Shown here: positions 11,490-24,320 of the stretch, one piece after another | How positions within the stretch are numbered: position 1 is the stretch's first letter | Layout: the number at the start of each line of letters is the position of its first letter | Assembly: GCA_030264375.1 (NCBI GenBank) | Contig: JASCQW010000132.1 | Span: 82,496,217-82,560,216, forward strand | Origin: Carcharhinus longimanus | Lineage: Eukaryota | Direction of reading: 5' to 3' | Length of the DNA stretch: 64,000 bases | Made by a program: the position numbers and the translations under genes | The notes under the pieces: generated by a model | The model's database searches: none | The model's input: only the letters and a program-made list of their open reading frames with translations | What the model was told of the DNA's origin: nothing

Positions 11490-12395
11490 GTTGGCGAATT
11501 TTGGAGCGTGGCTAATCTTTGGTTTGGTTTCAGACGAACCAAAGTCTGATTAATTACTCTTGGACAGCTGGTGTGGATGTCCCAATACTGATCCCTTTGG
11601 CACGTCATCAAATTACCAGTCTCGAAATAACTCTTATGTTTACTCTCTCTCTTCTTGCTAGCTAATCAGTTTTCTGTTCATGGTAATATGTTATCTCTTA
11701 TGCCATGAGTTCTGATTTTGCATAATAACCTTTGGTGTGGTACCTTGTCAGAAACAGTACACAGGTTCCCCTCTATCCACGTTGCTTGTTACTCCCAATA
11801 AATTAGTCAAACATGATTTCCCTTTCACAAAATCGTGTTAACTGTGCCTGACTGCATTGAGATTTTTTAAATGCCTCATTATAAACTCCTTAATATTTGC
11901 TTCCATATGACAGATGTTAAGCTAACTGGTTTGTACTTTGCTGTTTTCTGTCTGTCTCTCTTTTTGAAGAGCGAAGTCACATTTGCCATTTTCCAATCTG
12001 ATGGGACTGTCCAGAATCTAGGGGAATTTTGGAAAATTAAAAGCAACGCATCTACTATCTCAGCAGCCACTTTTTTTAAGGCCCAACGATGAAGTCAGTC
12101 AGGACCTGGAGACTTGTCAGTTTGTAGCCTGAATAATTTTCTCAGTAATCTCTTTTCTTGATTGTAATTGTTTTGGGTTTCTTCCACCTTTTCACCTCCC
12201 TATTCATTTATCTCTGGGATGTTACTGTATTCTGTACAGTAAAGACAAATTGCAAAATATCTGTTCAGTTTGTGTACCATTTTCTTATTTTCCATTTTGA
12301 ATTCCCCCACACACTCTGGAGAACCAACACTCACTTTGCTCTTTTCCTTTTTTAAATACCTGTGGAAACTCTTGCTGTTTGCTTTAATATTTCTA
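11490..12395 (-). mobile_element. CR1 LINE ORF2 fragment (continues at ~13300-14900)
   Basis: EIVDALLLIFQNS...[16 protein letters not shown]...KYKPVSLTSV. Confidence 0.85.
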
Positions 12396-12399
12396 TATA

Positions 12400-13300
12400 G
12401 TGTAGCATTATACAATCGAGCCCTTACCAACCCACTACAGGGCAATGTGCAATGTCTCCCTCCATCAAGATCAGTGGAGTAATCCTCCCAAACTAGGACC
12501 ATTTCCCCTATCTGGGGGGCCACATCTCATTTGAAGACTGACATTGAAGGGGAGATGAGCATTGTATTCGATCTGAGCGCTATCGTCAGACATTCAAGGA
12601 CAAAGTCTTTGACGACCCTGACATTCATGCTGACAACCCGAAAGACAACCCCCCCCACCCCCGTCCTCATGTACAAAGCAGTTGTCTTCCCAATTCTTCT
12701 ATATGGCTGAGAAACTTGGAAAATGCAAAGACGCATCCTCAAGGCCCAAGAGAGAGGTACCAGTAATGCTATCTTAGATGGATTCTTCACATCAGCTGTA
12801 AGGACAGGCACAGTAACACCAGCCTCCTTGAAAGAGCGAAGAGTACTAGAATTGAGGTCATGATCATCTGAAATCAACTCGGCTTGGCTGGGCTGACCAT
12901 ATGGTTAGGATGTCAGAGTCCCAGTTGCTAAAGTAAATCATCTTCACCCAGCTCAAGGAAGGCTCTTGAACAAGAGGACGAAGAAAGTGCTTTAAAGATG
13001 CCATGAAAGCTTATCTCAAGAAATGCAACACAGATGTCAATGCCTGGGAAACCCGTGGTCAGAGGAGACTGATTTGGAGGAACCTCCTGTTTGAAGGGAT
13101 GTAATTTTTCGAGGACTCCCGATGGTGAAAGGAATATGAGTGACCTGGAATTCCAAGGACCCGGAGATACCTGCCAAGTGTGTGGTAGAAAATTTGGCTC
13201 TAAGTTCAGTCTCATCAGTCATGTGAAGAGACACAACTAGTAACACACAGTTTCTTAGGTGGACGATCATACTTGTCAGTGAGTAATTGCCGAAGAAGGA
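12400..13300 (+). mobile_element. RTE-clade LINE 3' fragment nested in CR1
   Basis: Degenerate MYKAVVFPILLYG.ETW, ...FKDAMKAYLKKCNTDVNAWE and terminal C2H2 finger CQVCGRKFGSKFSLISHVKRH. Confidence 0.78.
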
Positions 13301-14910
13301 GATCTTTAGCTTCCTTAGCCACAGGTGTTGTGTCTTTCCCTTTTTAGAATATTTCTGTCTCGCTGGAATGTATTTTTTCTGAATATTCTGAAATATCTCT
13401 AAATGGCTGCCACTGTATCTCTATTGACCTAACTCTCCAGTTCACTTCAGACAACTCCTGCCTTCATGTCCTCTTAATTACTCCTATTTCAAACACTAAT
13501 CTAAGGCCCACCCTCTCTCCTTCAAACTGCTAAATTCAGCCATATTGAATTCACTGCTCCCTTCATAATAAGCTCATTAATTATTCCTGTCGCATTGCAC
13601 ATGATCAGATCTAGTATAACCTGCCTTCTGGCTGGCTTTAGGGTGTATTGGTCAAAGAATCCACCCTGAAAATGCTCCCTGTTCATCTAGGCAATTTTTG
13701 CCAATCTGTATTAGCTTGAAATCTGAGGCTTATTGCTGTACCTTGTTGCAAGACCCCATTTAATCCTGTATGCTCCATCCTACAGTGTGATTTAGTGTTG
13801 GGCAGCGTATGTAAACAACTCTTTCAAATGACCACTTAATTTTCCTATTTCTCATCTCTACACAAATGGATTTTTCAACCTGAACTCCAGATATAAGATA
13901 ATCTCTATTATACCAATGTCATCCTTAATTAACAGAACTACCATCCACCTTTTTCCTAGCTTCCTATCCTTCTCAAATGTCCTGAGATATTCGGATGCTA
14001 GTCTTTGTTCTCAAAGCTGTGTCTCTGTAATAGGTATCAGACCACATGTGTTGGTTTCTACTTGCACTCTCAATTCACCCAGTTTGTTACAAATACTACA
14101 TGCATTCAGATACAGAGGGTGGGATTATCTGCCCCATGTTTTGTGATAACAGAAATGGCCAGGTGTTGGCTGGTGGTGGGATCTTCTGATCCTGCCATTG
14201 CAAACAGGGTTACATGTTCAATACACTCCTTGCTTTTGGTGGGACTGGAAGAATTCATAGGTGTGAGTTACCAAAAAATTCCAGCCAGAGCCTTTAGTTC
14301 TATCTTTTTATTTATTTTGTAGCTCCTTGTCTAATGTGCTGCTACACACTCGGGTTTGTGCACTCTGTCCCTTCCTGCCACATTCTGATCATCACTTTCC
14401 CTGACAGCTGCCTTGCATTCTTTTTCATCTTTACTTAATTTATCTCATCTTCCCAAACCTGATGCCTCGCCCTCACTATTCAGTTTAAAGCTATCTCTTC
14501 TGCCCTGGTTATACAACTCATTACAATATGGATCCCAACACCGTTCAGTTGAAGACACAGTCCCAACAGTACCACTCCCATTTTCCCCAGTACGTGTATC
14601 AGTGCTCTGTGAATTCAAACCCATTTCTCCCACCCCAATCTTTGAGCCACACATTTAACTTTCTCATCTTATTTGCCTCAGGGCAATTTGCTCATGGCTC
14701 AGATAGTAATCCATCAAGATCCTGCTTTTCAATTTAGCCCCTAGCTGTTTATATTCCCTCAGCAGAATCCATTCCTTGGTTTTGCCTTTGTCATTGGTAC
14801 CTATATGAACCGCAATCACTGGATTCTTTTCTCTCTAATCGTTCGCCCTCACCCTCGCCCTCGCCCTCGCCCCCAGCCCAGAGCAGATATCCTGAACCCT
14901 GGCACTTGCG
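13300..14910 (-). mobile_element. Decayed CR1 endonuclease / ORF1 region
   Basis: Continuation of the minus-strand CR1; similar to 560-1080 and 37150-37760. Confidence 0.5.
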
Positions 14911-15454
14911 CCGTTTGAATGAATGGCTTCCTGTACCATGTTAGCCCTGGTCAGTTTGCTTATGCACTTTCATTGCATACATCCTCTTGGATGTTGCAAA
15001 GACTGAGACTCCTCTGCACCTCGATTCCCATGGCCAGACTATAATTCCCAACATGCATCTCAATTTATGAATCCCAGATTTTTTTAATAAATGGATATAT
15101 GGCTTACTACCTGGAGCATTTGTTTTTTGAACTTGGCTTCCTTCACAATTTCAATGTCTTGATTTTAAAACATTAATTCTGAGGATAACAATCATTTTAG
15201 TCTTCAGTTCTAGCCTCATTTCTAGCTGTGGTATTGTTGGTGTCAAACTGATGTCAGGTATATTCCTCGAGCTGAGGGAGACCACCATTACGTATCAAAT
15301 GGTAACTGAGTCAGGACCATTGACAGACTGTTGGCTGCGGTTTGTGTGTCTTAGAGCTACAAGAAGGTACAAAATGAATGTTTACATAAAATTTGAAAAG
15401 AATTGTATTGTGGTTGTTGGAATGAAAAGTCATCATTCTGTGTTGTTTTTCTAG

Positions 15455-15579
15455 AAAATGGAAGAAGAACTAAAACACCATCAAGAAGCAAAGTTGAAAT
15501 TAGCAGATGAATTAAAATGTGGTGTTGAAATGAAGCTCAAATGCTTGACTACCAAGGTTGAAAAACTCCGACAGGTCAG
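15455..15579 (+). CDS. STK31: STK31 exon (KMEEELKHHQEAKLKLADELKCGVEMKLKCLTTKVEKLRQVR)
   Basis: ttgtttttctag| ... ag|gtaagg; 125 nt, phase 0 to 2. Confidence 0.88.
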
Positions 15580-16280
15580 GTAAGGGTTTGCGTTGCTTGC
15601 ATGGCAGGTATTTACCAATTTTTTTTTTTGCTATTCCATCTGGAGCTTTGTGTTTAGTAAATTTTTAATTACTAATGTGTTGTACTATCACATTGCTTTC
15701 AGTCATCAGTTGGCAATGCTAAACATTCATAACTGAATAAAGGAAAAAGGTGCAGATGCTGGAAATTTGAAATAAAAACAAAATTCTGGATAAACTCAGT
15801 CTTTTTATTTCCTTCTGCTGGACAGAATCCATATAGTACCTTCTCTGACAACTCAATAAACCTTCATTTAGTGTGAAATCTAAAGCTTTATACAATGCTC
15901 TGACTTAAGATTTTAAGTGGCACATCATTGATATTTATGTCCTGGACCTCCTGTGATAAGACCTAAAAGTAGATTAGTTTTTAAAGATTACATCAGCCTG
16001 AGGTGCTTCCTTTAACATCCTGAGAACCTGTGCTTTTTATGTGTTCTATAATGGCCCCAAGCAGATTACATTTGCTGCTGTTTTTTTAATCAAAATGCAT
16101 CGTATCACATTGAGTTGTATCCATTGCATCAGTTGCCAGTTGTAAAATGCCCTCCAGTCCAAATCATTGATCCCCAAGATGCTAATTCCCTCAAATTTTT
16201 ATTGTTAATCTCCCTGCATGTCAAATGTTGAACTATTAGTCATGCATTGCATGGAATACAAAGGTTCAGAGATGAATAAA

Positions 16281-16890
16281 ATTTACATAGAGCATTTCAA
16301 AACCTTTTGGAGGCTCTCAAACACTTTCAAACTAATGAAATACCTTTGCAGTATTGTAACTTGTATGAAATGAGACAGACAAATTTTACATCCTTGTAAT
16401 GGACAGAGGCCATATAGTACCTTCTCTAGCCTTGATAAGCTTCATTTAATGTGAAACCTAAAGCTTTACGCAGTGTTCTAACTTAATGTCCCTCAAACCC
16501 AAATGAAATAGGTAGCTGGATATTGTGGTTTTAGTGGTGTGGTTGAACAATAGATGTTGACCTGCACAGTTCTTTTGAATAGTACTCTGGGATTTATTTA
16601 CAGTTTGCACTGAAGAGGGTAATGGAGTCTGGATTTAATCAGATAAATTTTCCGTTCTCTCCCACCTGGGGAATCGTCACAGACTGGACATAAACTTTGG
16701 ACCATTTGAAATGTCTGTTGACCTTGGTCAAGAATTTCCACTCTCGGGGACAGGCAGGATTAGCAAATCCTGCCCAATATCTTATCTAAAATTCACAGTT
16801 GCAGTACTGATCTGAAGTTGTCAGCCTAGATTAGGGACTTGAGACTCTGGAAAGGGGCTTCAGTCCACAGCTTTCTAAATACCACTGGAG
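16281..16890 (-). mobile_element. Ancient DeuSINE (SacSINE1-like) remnant interrupted by two insertions
   Basis: Degenerate matches to recalled Deu-SINE consensus (gtcagcctagatt...ctctgga...; gaatagt..tgggat.ttt); L2-type tail; related pieces at 27590-27835 and 42805-42955. Confidence 0.55.
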
Positions 16891-17169
16891 CAAAACTAAT
16901 ATCTATGTGCATAAACAAAATAAAAATCAGTGGAGTTGCCGGTTGGTTATCTGCTGTTTAACCTCCCCTTGCTTTTTCATCTGGATAAGTCAAGTTGGGT
17001 GAAATTCCTAAGTGCTAAGTGACAGTAATTACAGTATGCTGGTGCCCTTTTTCATCTGTCCAGTGCATCAAGGTACCTTTTTTTGAGTCTTGCTGGTGCT
17101 GACAGATTTTTTAGGGTCACGGCACTGACTAGTATTTCTCGTCAGCAAAAAGTAAAATCAGATATCCTC

Positions 17170-17850
17170 TTCATCTGTAAGGCATTAGTGACAGAAGCCA
17201 GAAAATGATGGTGAGCCTTTATAAAACACCGATTTGACATTGATTGGAGTATTATGCCCAACCCAGGGCATCATACTTTAGGAAGGATATGATGGTTTTA
17301 GAAAGGAAAGAAAAAAATCACATTTGTGGGACTTCCACTACAAGTATGGATTGGAGAAACTGGGATTGCTGTCTTTGGAGAAAAGGTTGCAAGGGGATTT
17401 GAGAGTTCCTCAAAATGATAATAGGATAGAAAGGGAGANNNNNNNNNNNNNNNNNNNNNNNNNNNNNNNNNNNNNNNNNNNNNNNNNNNNNNNNNNNNNN
17501 NNNNNNNNNNNNNNNNNNNNNNNNNNNNNNNNNNNNNNGAAAGGGAGAAACTGTCCCCGTTGGCAGTGGAGTCAAGAACCAGAGGAGACTGGTTCAAGAT
17601 AACTGTCAAAAGAGAAATGAGACATATTTTTTAACACAGCAAGTTATTAGAATCTGGAATAGTGACCAAGGGAGATTCAGTTGTGGTTTTCCAAAAAAAA
17701 AGGATAACTGTCTGAAGACAAAACAAAACTTGCAGAATTATGAGGAAAGGACAAGGAGTGGGACTAGCTGAATTGCTTTTGCAGAGAGAAAGTATGGGCT
17801 GAACAGACCAAATGATGACCACCAATGCTGTAATCACCCGGTGATTCTTA
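17170..17850 (+). mobile_element. CR1 3' fragment spanning a gap
   Basis: LEKLGLLSLEKR-LQGDL motif; CR1-like tail. Confidence 0.65.
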
Positions 17851-18079
17851 TTGCTTGGAATCAAACATCACCACTGCAAATTCATGAACGTCTAGTTGTA
17901 AAGTACAAAATTTGACTTGATTATGTACCTCTGATGGTGGACCAGCTGTTAACTCTGCTTTCTGAGAGCAGGATGGGCAACACTACAGCAGCTGGGTCTG
18001 GTCTCCGTTGTCTTTTATGTATCTTGTTTTGAATAGATTCACTCTGTTTCCTAATGTTTTCCAGTTAAATAATAATCCT

Positions 18080-18492
18080 GGATTGCATTATTCATTTCAA
18101 CATTTGTGAAAATAGGGATCATGCCCTTCCTAATCTTTAACATGTTTAGAATTCTCACACTTCATTTTAAAATCTTGCATGATTTCACCCTTCTCTTTCT
18201 CAGTAATCTCCAGCTAAATAATCCTCTGAGATCTTTGAGCCCTTTTGCATCTTCTAATTTTATTTATTCCATTATCGGTTATGTCTTGAGCTGCCTCTGC
18301 CCTAAGCTTTGGAATTTCTTCTCTAAATCTCTCTCCTTTGCGCATCCTTAAAACCTATATCTCTGACTAAGCTTTCCATGCCCTTCCTAATATCTTCTCC
18401 TGTGACTTAGTACCAAACTTTCTTTGATAGTGGGCTGTTAGCATCTTGAGATATTTTACCAAGCTGAAGGCTCTATATTAACATAAGTTGTT
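18080..18492 (+). mobile_element. L2-clade LINE 3' end
   Basis: LW(N) motif, ccttaaaaccta..tct.tgac.aagctt and tail aaggctctatattaacataagttgtt. Confidence 0.65.
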
Positions 18493-18892
18493 TAGCAGTG
18501 AAAACGAGTTTCAGCTCCTCTGACAGTTGAGTGAAATTTTCCAGGAACTAGTTGAGCCAAATTGAAGATGTATTATTTGATTCTTGGTCACCATTGTTGA
18601 TGCTCACAGATAAGTAATTTTCATGGATGAGATATTAGATAGTAATGTAGAACATAGTAAGGGAATAAGAAAAGTTCTGTACGTTTTTTTTCACAACTGA
18701 AAACTCAGATTTCCAGTAACTACCTGTTGCATTTAATTTGTACATTAACTCTTTAATTAAACTTCCATCAATATGAAAAGTTAAATAAAATGTACTTTGT
18801 TTCACTTTTAAAACAAAACCTCACATAAAATACCAAAATCAGTTCTGCAAATTCTTCTTTAAAAGCATTTTCTATTTTGTTTGAACATCTAG

Positions 18893-19052
18893 GAGCGAAT
18901 TCAATGAGAATCATTTTGGAGATGACTTATCTGAAGCAGTGAAAGTAATCACTGAGGGATGTCTCTGCACACTACACTCAATTAAGAATCTAGAAAACAT
19001 TTGGAATGAATACAACTGTGCTCAGGAAACACTTCAAACATGCAAGTCAATG
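18893..19052 (+). CDS. STK31: STK31 exon (SEFNENHFGDDLSEAVKVITEGCL...IWNEYNCAQETLQTCKSM)
   Basis: catctag| ... atg|gtgagt; 160 nt, phase 2 to 0; matches recalled FGKDLSDAIQVLDEGC...IWAEYSLAQE. Confidence 0.93.
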
Positions 19053-19093
19053 GTGAGTTGGACTGATTATTTTGGTGACCGAGTTGCATACGT

Positions 19094-19280
19094 AAAGTGG
19101 TACAGTGGTTAGCACTGCTGCCTCACAGCGCCTGGTTCAATTCCAGCCGCAGGTGACTATCTGGTGTGGAGTCTGCACATTCTCCTGTGTCTGCATGAGT
19201 TGCCTCCCAAATTCAAAGGATGTGCGGGTTAGGTGGATTGGCTGTGCTAAATTGTTCTTTTAGTGTCAGGGAAATTAGCT
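19094..19280 (+). mobile_element. HE1 SINE, 3'-truncated, about 40 bp downstream of an STK31 donor
   Basis: gtggtacagtggttagcactgctgcctcacagcgcc head and V-domain. Confidence 0.8.
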
Positions 19281-19284
19281 CCAC

Positions 19285-20545
19285 CTCCTTGCCAGCTCTC
19301 TTAATCCCTCTTCTGTTTATAATTGTCAGACTGATTGTCCAAACCCAACATTAGATGAGCAGAAATTTCCACTAACTAAATATTTTGAAGACCCAAAAGC
19401 TTTCCATCCCTACTAAGTTCCATTTCCCAGCTGCTGAACCTGACTGTGGGCAACCTTGGTGTCATGACACAACAGTGTCATCACTGAACACCTGCTTTCA
19501 CCAATATAACATTGCCTGACTCCAGTACTGCCACTGCTGCTGAAATCTTCATCCATCCCTTTGTTTCTCACTGTATCCCCTTAAATAGAAGAGTCTAATG
19601 TCGTAGTGGTATTGTCACTTGACTAATAATTCAAAGACTCTGGGTAATATGCTGGGGACCAGTGTTTGAATCCCACCAGGGCAATGGAAAAATTTAAATT
19701 CAATAAAGGATCTCAAATAAAGAGTCTAATGATGACCATATTGTTGTTGTTTGTTGTGAAAACCCATCTGGTCTTTTTAAGGAAAGAAATCTGCTGTTCA
19801 AGGGCAATTAGGGATGGATATTTAAATGCTGGCTTGGTCAGCAATACTGGGACCTCAGTAGGGACCTTGCGGTGAAGGATCCTCTTGGGGAGAGTGATCA
19901 TTGTATGGTGGAGTTTCTGGTGCAGATGGAGGAGGNNNNNNNNNNNNNNNNNNNNNNNNNNNNNNNNNNNNNNNNNNNNNNNNNNNNNNNNNNNNNNNNN
20001 NNNNNNNNNNNNNNNNNNNNNNNNNNNNNNNNNNNCTTATTGAATGGCGGGGCAGGCTCGAAGGGCCAGATGGCCTACTCCTGCTCCTATTTCTTATGTT
20101 CTTATGTAAACATGAGATCATCCAAAATGCTTCTGATCCTGTCCGAACTCGCACTAAGTTCCATTCACCTATTACCCCTATGTTTGCTACCCTATATTGG
20201 CAACACCTCTACTTTTAAAATTCTCACCTTCGTTTTCCAATTCCTTTACAGCTTCATCCCTCCTCATCTTCACTGTGCTGCTCTAATTCTGGTAGTTGAT
20301 GCATCCCTAACTTAAGCCTAATCCCTAATATTCATGGCGTAGCCCTGAGGTTTGCTTCCGAAACTTTGCCTTCTTTTTCTTTCCCTTTGCTCTTTTAAGA
20401 TGCTATCTACCTCTTTGACCAAGCTATTGATCATCTGCCATAACATTTACATGCATAGCTCAGAGTCACATTGTGATTTACAATGTCCCTGTGAAGCATC
20501 GCTGGATGTTCCATTGCATTACTGTAAAAACACAAGTAGTTATCA
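19285..20545 (+). mobile_element. L2 LINE fragment interrupted by a family-B SINE (19595-19845) and a CR1 collapsed across the gap (19846-20108)
   Basis: L2 motifs (EIFIHPFVS; IHLLPLCL; FKILT.VF); CR1 endonuclease DPLGESDHCMVEF before the gap and CR1 tail after it. Confidence 0.6.
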
Positions 20546-20639
20546 ATTTTGTGACTTAATTGATATTCCAGGCACTGTTTTATCCAGACAGTATCCATGA
20601 TCTGCATACTGTGCGGAAGTCTGTAATATGAATTATCAA

Positions 20640-20870
20640 AGATCTCCAGGAAGTCAACAGATGGTTGTTCGAAAATACGGCTACTGATCACCTCTGAGTC
20701 GTAGCGCATAATTACAATAAGGACCGTGCTATGACTTGAATTATTGCAAAGCACATCTTGGGATTGGCAAAGCCATGATTCAGTTGATTTGCTGCTCAGA
20801 GGGTAGAGAGCAACTAAAAATCCAAACCGTAAGCCTGTTCCATCTTGCACAATTTTGCCATCCAAAAAGT
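20640..20870 (+). mobile_element. Harbinger (HARBI1-like) DDE transposase fossil, C-terminal part
   Basis: YNKDRAMT*IIAKHILGLAKP*FS and ACSILHNFAIQK, matching YNxxHxxTRxxIExxxGLLKxRF...ACxxLHN. Confidence 0.55.
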
Positions 20871-20999
20871 AATCTGTGTGCAGCAGATCATTGTGAAGGA
20901 TAATTAAGTTGCATGGGAAGAGGACAAGGAGAGCAAAAAGTCATTTATGGGGGCGATTTACTAACTTGATGTAAAACTTGTGATCACAAACTACTTCCA

Positions 21000-21640
21000 G
21001 GAACAGACACTTCTGGTTATTGCCCTGCATTGTTTCTGCTTCTAGACAAATCCTCTTGTTTTCCCACCTCTCCACAAATGCCACACATTTTTGTCTGCGA
21101 CAATTGAAGCACCATATTTTCTTTATTGCTTTTAGTGTCGTCTATCTCTCCCCTGCTTCAGTCCATGTGCCGCTGCACCCTCATCCACATCTTCGTTACC
21201 TCCAGATTCAACAAATCAATGCTTTCTTGCCCATCTTCTATCTCATAAGATTGAGCTGATCTAAACAGAATCCCATTTGCCCATCAGCAATACCTTCTCC
21301 AATGTGCAGGTGATCCCTTTAAGTATGCAGCCTTTGTCATTGTTCCTAAAATTAAGGGGTCAGTTTGTCCATGGCCTGTCCCATAGCCGTGCAACTTAGA
21401 GTGATTGTAGCCTGTCCCTCTGTTTACATCAGCTGCTGATCCACCAAATCTTGATTTATCGTTTATGTTCATTTACATTTCTCATCCTCATATAAATTTC
21501 CCCAATCCTCCAAGAATTGTGTGAGCCTCCAAATCAAGCCACTGATGCATCCCATCTTCCTCTTCCCCATTATTGACATTTGACCACCTAACCTGATGGG
21601 GCATTTTACTACATTAAAGGTGCTATGTAAATGGTTGCAT
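21000..21640 (+). mobile_element. Decayed L2 fragment
   Basis: Tail gcattttactacattaaaggtgctatgtaaatggttg. Confidence 0.5.
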
Positions 21641-21989
21641 AAAATGGATTCCAAAACAATGCCTTCAAAGAGATTGGAAGATATTTTTTGAATTGTGAAC
21701 AAGCCTGGCAAGTTTAGCCATTATTGTGGAATATTGGCAGTGTGTCAATGTAGGAGGGATAATACTAAATCGAGAATACTTGCTGAATATTGAGACTAGG
21801 TTTGTAAAATTGCAACGATAATTCCTCCACAGATTTGCATAGTCTTACTTAGTTTTATTTTTGTCCTTTTGTAGAAGATAACTGTAGCAACAACTAGAAT
21901 GAGGTGAGGTAAGTTTCAGGTGCAATATGTTTTCAGTCCACTAATCAATCCAGTTTGAGTACTTTGATCACTAGGAGACCTATTGAATA

Positions 21990-22400
21990 TTGGACACATT
22001 TAGTATTGGTGTGGAAGAGGTGTTTTGCAGTTCTGGATTCCTGAAGCTCCTTTTGGCTAATGTGACTGTTCTATTCATAGGAAGAAGTGTCTTTGCTAGC
22101 AGCACCATAAAGAGCCATCCTGTTCAGGTTCTCTACTGTCTCAAGAATGTTGAAATTCTTCAATGAGACCGGCAGGGTGTCCTTGGAGTGCTTTTGCAGC
22201 CCACTTTGTGAACATTTTCCTCCAATTAGCTCTGTGTAGATGAACTTCTTTGCCGGTGTACATCAGGCATTCTGGCCACATATCCTGCCCATTGTATTGG
22301 AGCTCTTTCCAGCAGAATGTTTTTAAAAAAAAAGAACACTCTGCATGTTGGTCAGGGAGAGAATGTCAGTGGGAGGAACTTATCTTGCCAATAGGGCAAG
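21990..22400 (-). mobile_element. RTE LINE fragment
   Basis: Minus strand reads QWAGYVARMPD, followed by KHSKDTL. Confidence 0.6.
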
Positions 22401-22414
22401 TGAAAGTGGAGTAA

Positions 22415-24220
22415 CATCAAAACATAAGTGCAGGAGTAGGCCATTCGGCCCTTCAAACTACCATTCAATGTGACCACGGTTGATCATGCATTTTCAGTTT
22501 CCGGCTCCCTCTTGAACATATCTAACAAACTGGCCCCAACAGCTTTCTGTTGTAGAGAATTACAACTGAGTGAAGAACTTCTTCCTTTTATCTCAGTCCT
22601 GAATGGCTTACCCCTTATTCTTGGACTGTGACTCCTAGTTCTGCACTTTCCCAACATCAAGAACATTCTTCCTACATCTAGCCTGTCCAGTCCCATCAGG
22701 ATTTTATATGTTTCAATGACATCCTCTCTCTCTCTCTCTCCCTCCCTCTCTCTCTCTNNNNNNNNNNNNNNNNNNNNNNNNNNNNNNNNNNNNNNNNNNN
22801 NNNNNNNNNNNNNNNNNNNNNNNNNNNNNNNNNNNNNNNNNNNNNNNNNNNNNNNNNNNNNNNNNNNNNNNNNNNNNNNNNNNNNNNNNNNNNNNNNNNN
22901 NNNNNNNNNNNNNNNNNNNNNNNNNNNNNNNNNNNNNNNNNNNNNNNNNNNNNNNNNNNNNNNNNNNNNNNNNNNNNNNNNNNNNNNNNNNNNNNNNNNN
23001 NNNNNNNNNNNNNNNNNNNNNNNNNNNNNNNNNNNNNNNNNNNNNNNNNNNNNNNNNNNNNNNNNNNNCTAAACTGCCACCATGACGAGAAGAACCTTCC
23101 TTCCTGTTTTTGCCACCAAAGTGGATAACCTCACATTTATCCATATTATATTGTATTTGTCCACTCAGCCAGCCTGTCCAAGTCCTGCTGCAGTCACTGA
23201 GCATCCTCCTCACAGCATACGCCGTCATCCTGCTTAGTGCCATCTGAACATTTGGAATATTGCATTCAATTCCTTTGTCCAGATCAATAATATATACTGT
23301 GAATAGCTGGGGCTCTGGCATTGAACCCTGCAGTACCCCACTAGTCACTGCCTGCCACTCTGTAAAGGACCCATTTATTTCCACACTCTGCTTCCTGTCT
23401 GCCAACCTGTTCTGTCCACGTCAATACATTACCCCAGTACCTTGAGCTTTAATTTTGCTCAGTAGGTTCACTCTTGTCCACTCTACTGGTCACATCAAAA
23501 AATTCCAAAAGATTTGTCAAGCACGATTTTCCTTTCAGTAAATCCATGCTAATATGGACAGATCCTGTCATTGCTTTTCAAATGCTTAGTTATTACATCC
23601 TTAATAAGTGACTCCAGCATTTTTCCCACCACCGATATCAGGCTAACTGGTCTATAATTCCCCATTTTTCCCTCTTCCCTCCTTTTTTTTTAAAAGTGGG
23701 TTTACATTAGCTACCTTCCAATCCACTGGAACTCTTCCAGAATCTGTAGTATGCTGGAAAATGATCATCAATGCATCCACTATTTCTAGGGCCACTTCCT
23801 TGAGTACTGTGGGATGCAGAGCATCAGGCCTTGGGGATTTATTGTGTTATAATCTCAGCAAATTCCCCAATATAATTTCCTGACTACCAAGGATTTCCTT
23901 CCGTTCCTCCTTCATGCTAGACTCTCTGTCCTCTAGTATTTCTGGAAGGTTATATGTGTCCTCCTTTAGTGAAGAGAGATCCAAAGAATTTGTTCAGCTG
24001 GTCTGCCATCTTTGTTACCCATTATGAATTCACCTGATTCTAACTGTGAGGGACCTACATTTGTCTTCACCAGTCTTTTTCTCTTCACATATCTATAGGA
24101 GCTTTTATAGTCATGGTCACATCCTCAAAAAAATAGTTTTCTTCAAGTCTACTCTCATATTCCATTTTCTCCTTTTGAATTTAACCCTTTGTCCTCCTCT
24201 TCTGAATTTTAAATTTCTCC
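22415..24220 (-). mobile_element. CR1/HER1 LINE copy 1 (3' end at ~22415)
   Basis: ADRKQSVEINGSFTEWQAVTSGVLQGS; YNMDKCEVIHFG; CR1 tail. Confidence 0.88.
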
Positions 24221-24320
24221 NNNNNNNNNNNNNNNNNNNNNNNNNNNNNNNNNNNNNNNNNNNNNNNNNNNNNNNNNNNNNNNNNNNNNNNNNNNNNNNN
24301 NNNNNNNNNNNNNNNNNNNN

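Noticed and set aside
14843-14877. (CGCCCT)n hexamer run
   Set aside because: Short microsatellite inside a decayed CR1 region.
15570-15585. Alternative donor cag|gtcagg 5 nt upstream of the chosen donor
   Set aside because: Out of phase with the next exon; ag|gtaagg is stronger and keeps the frame.
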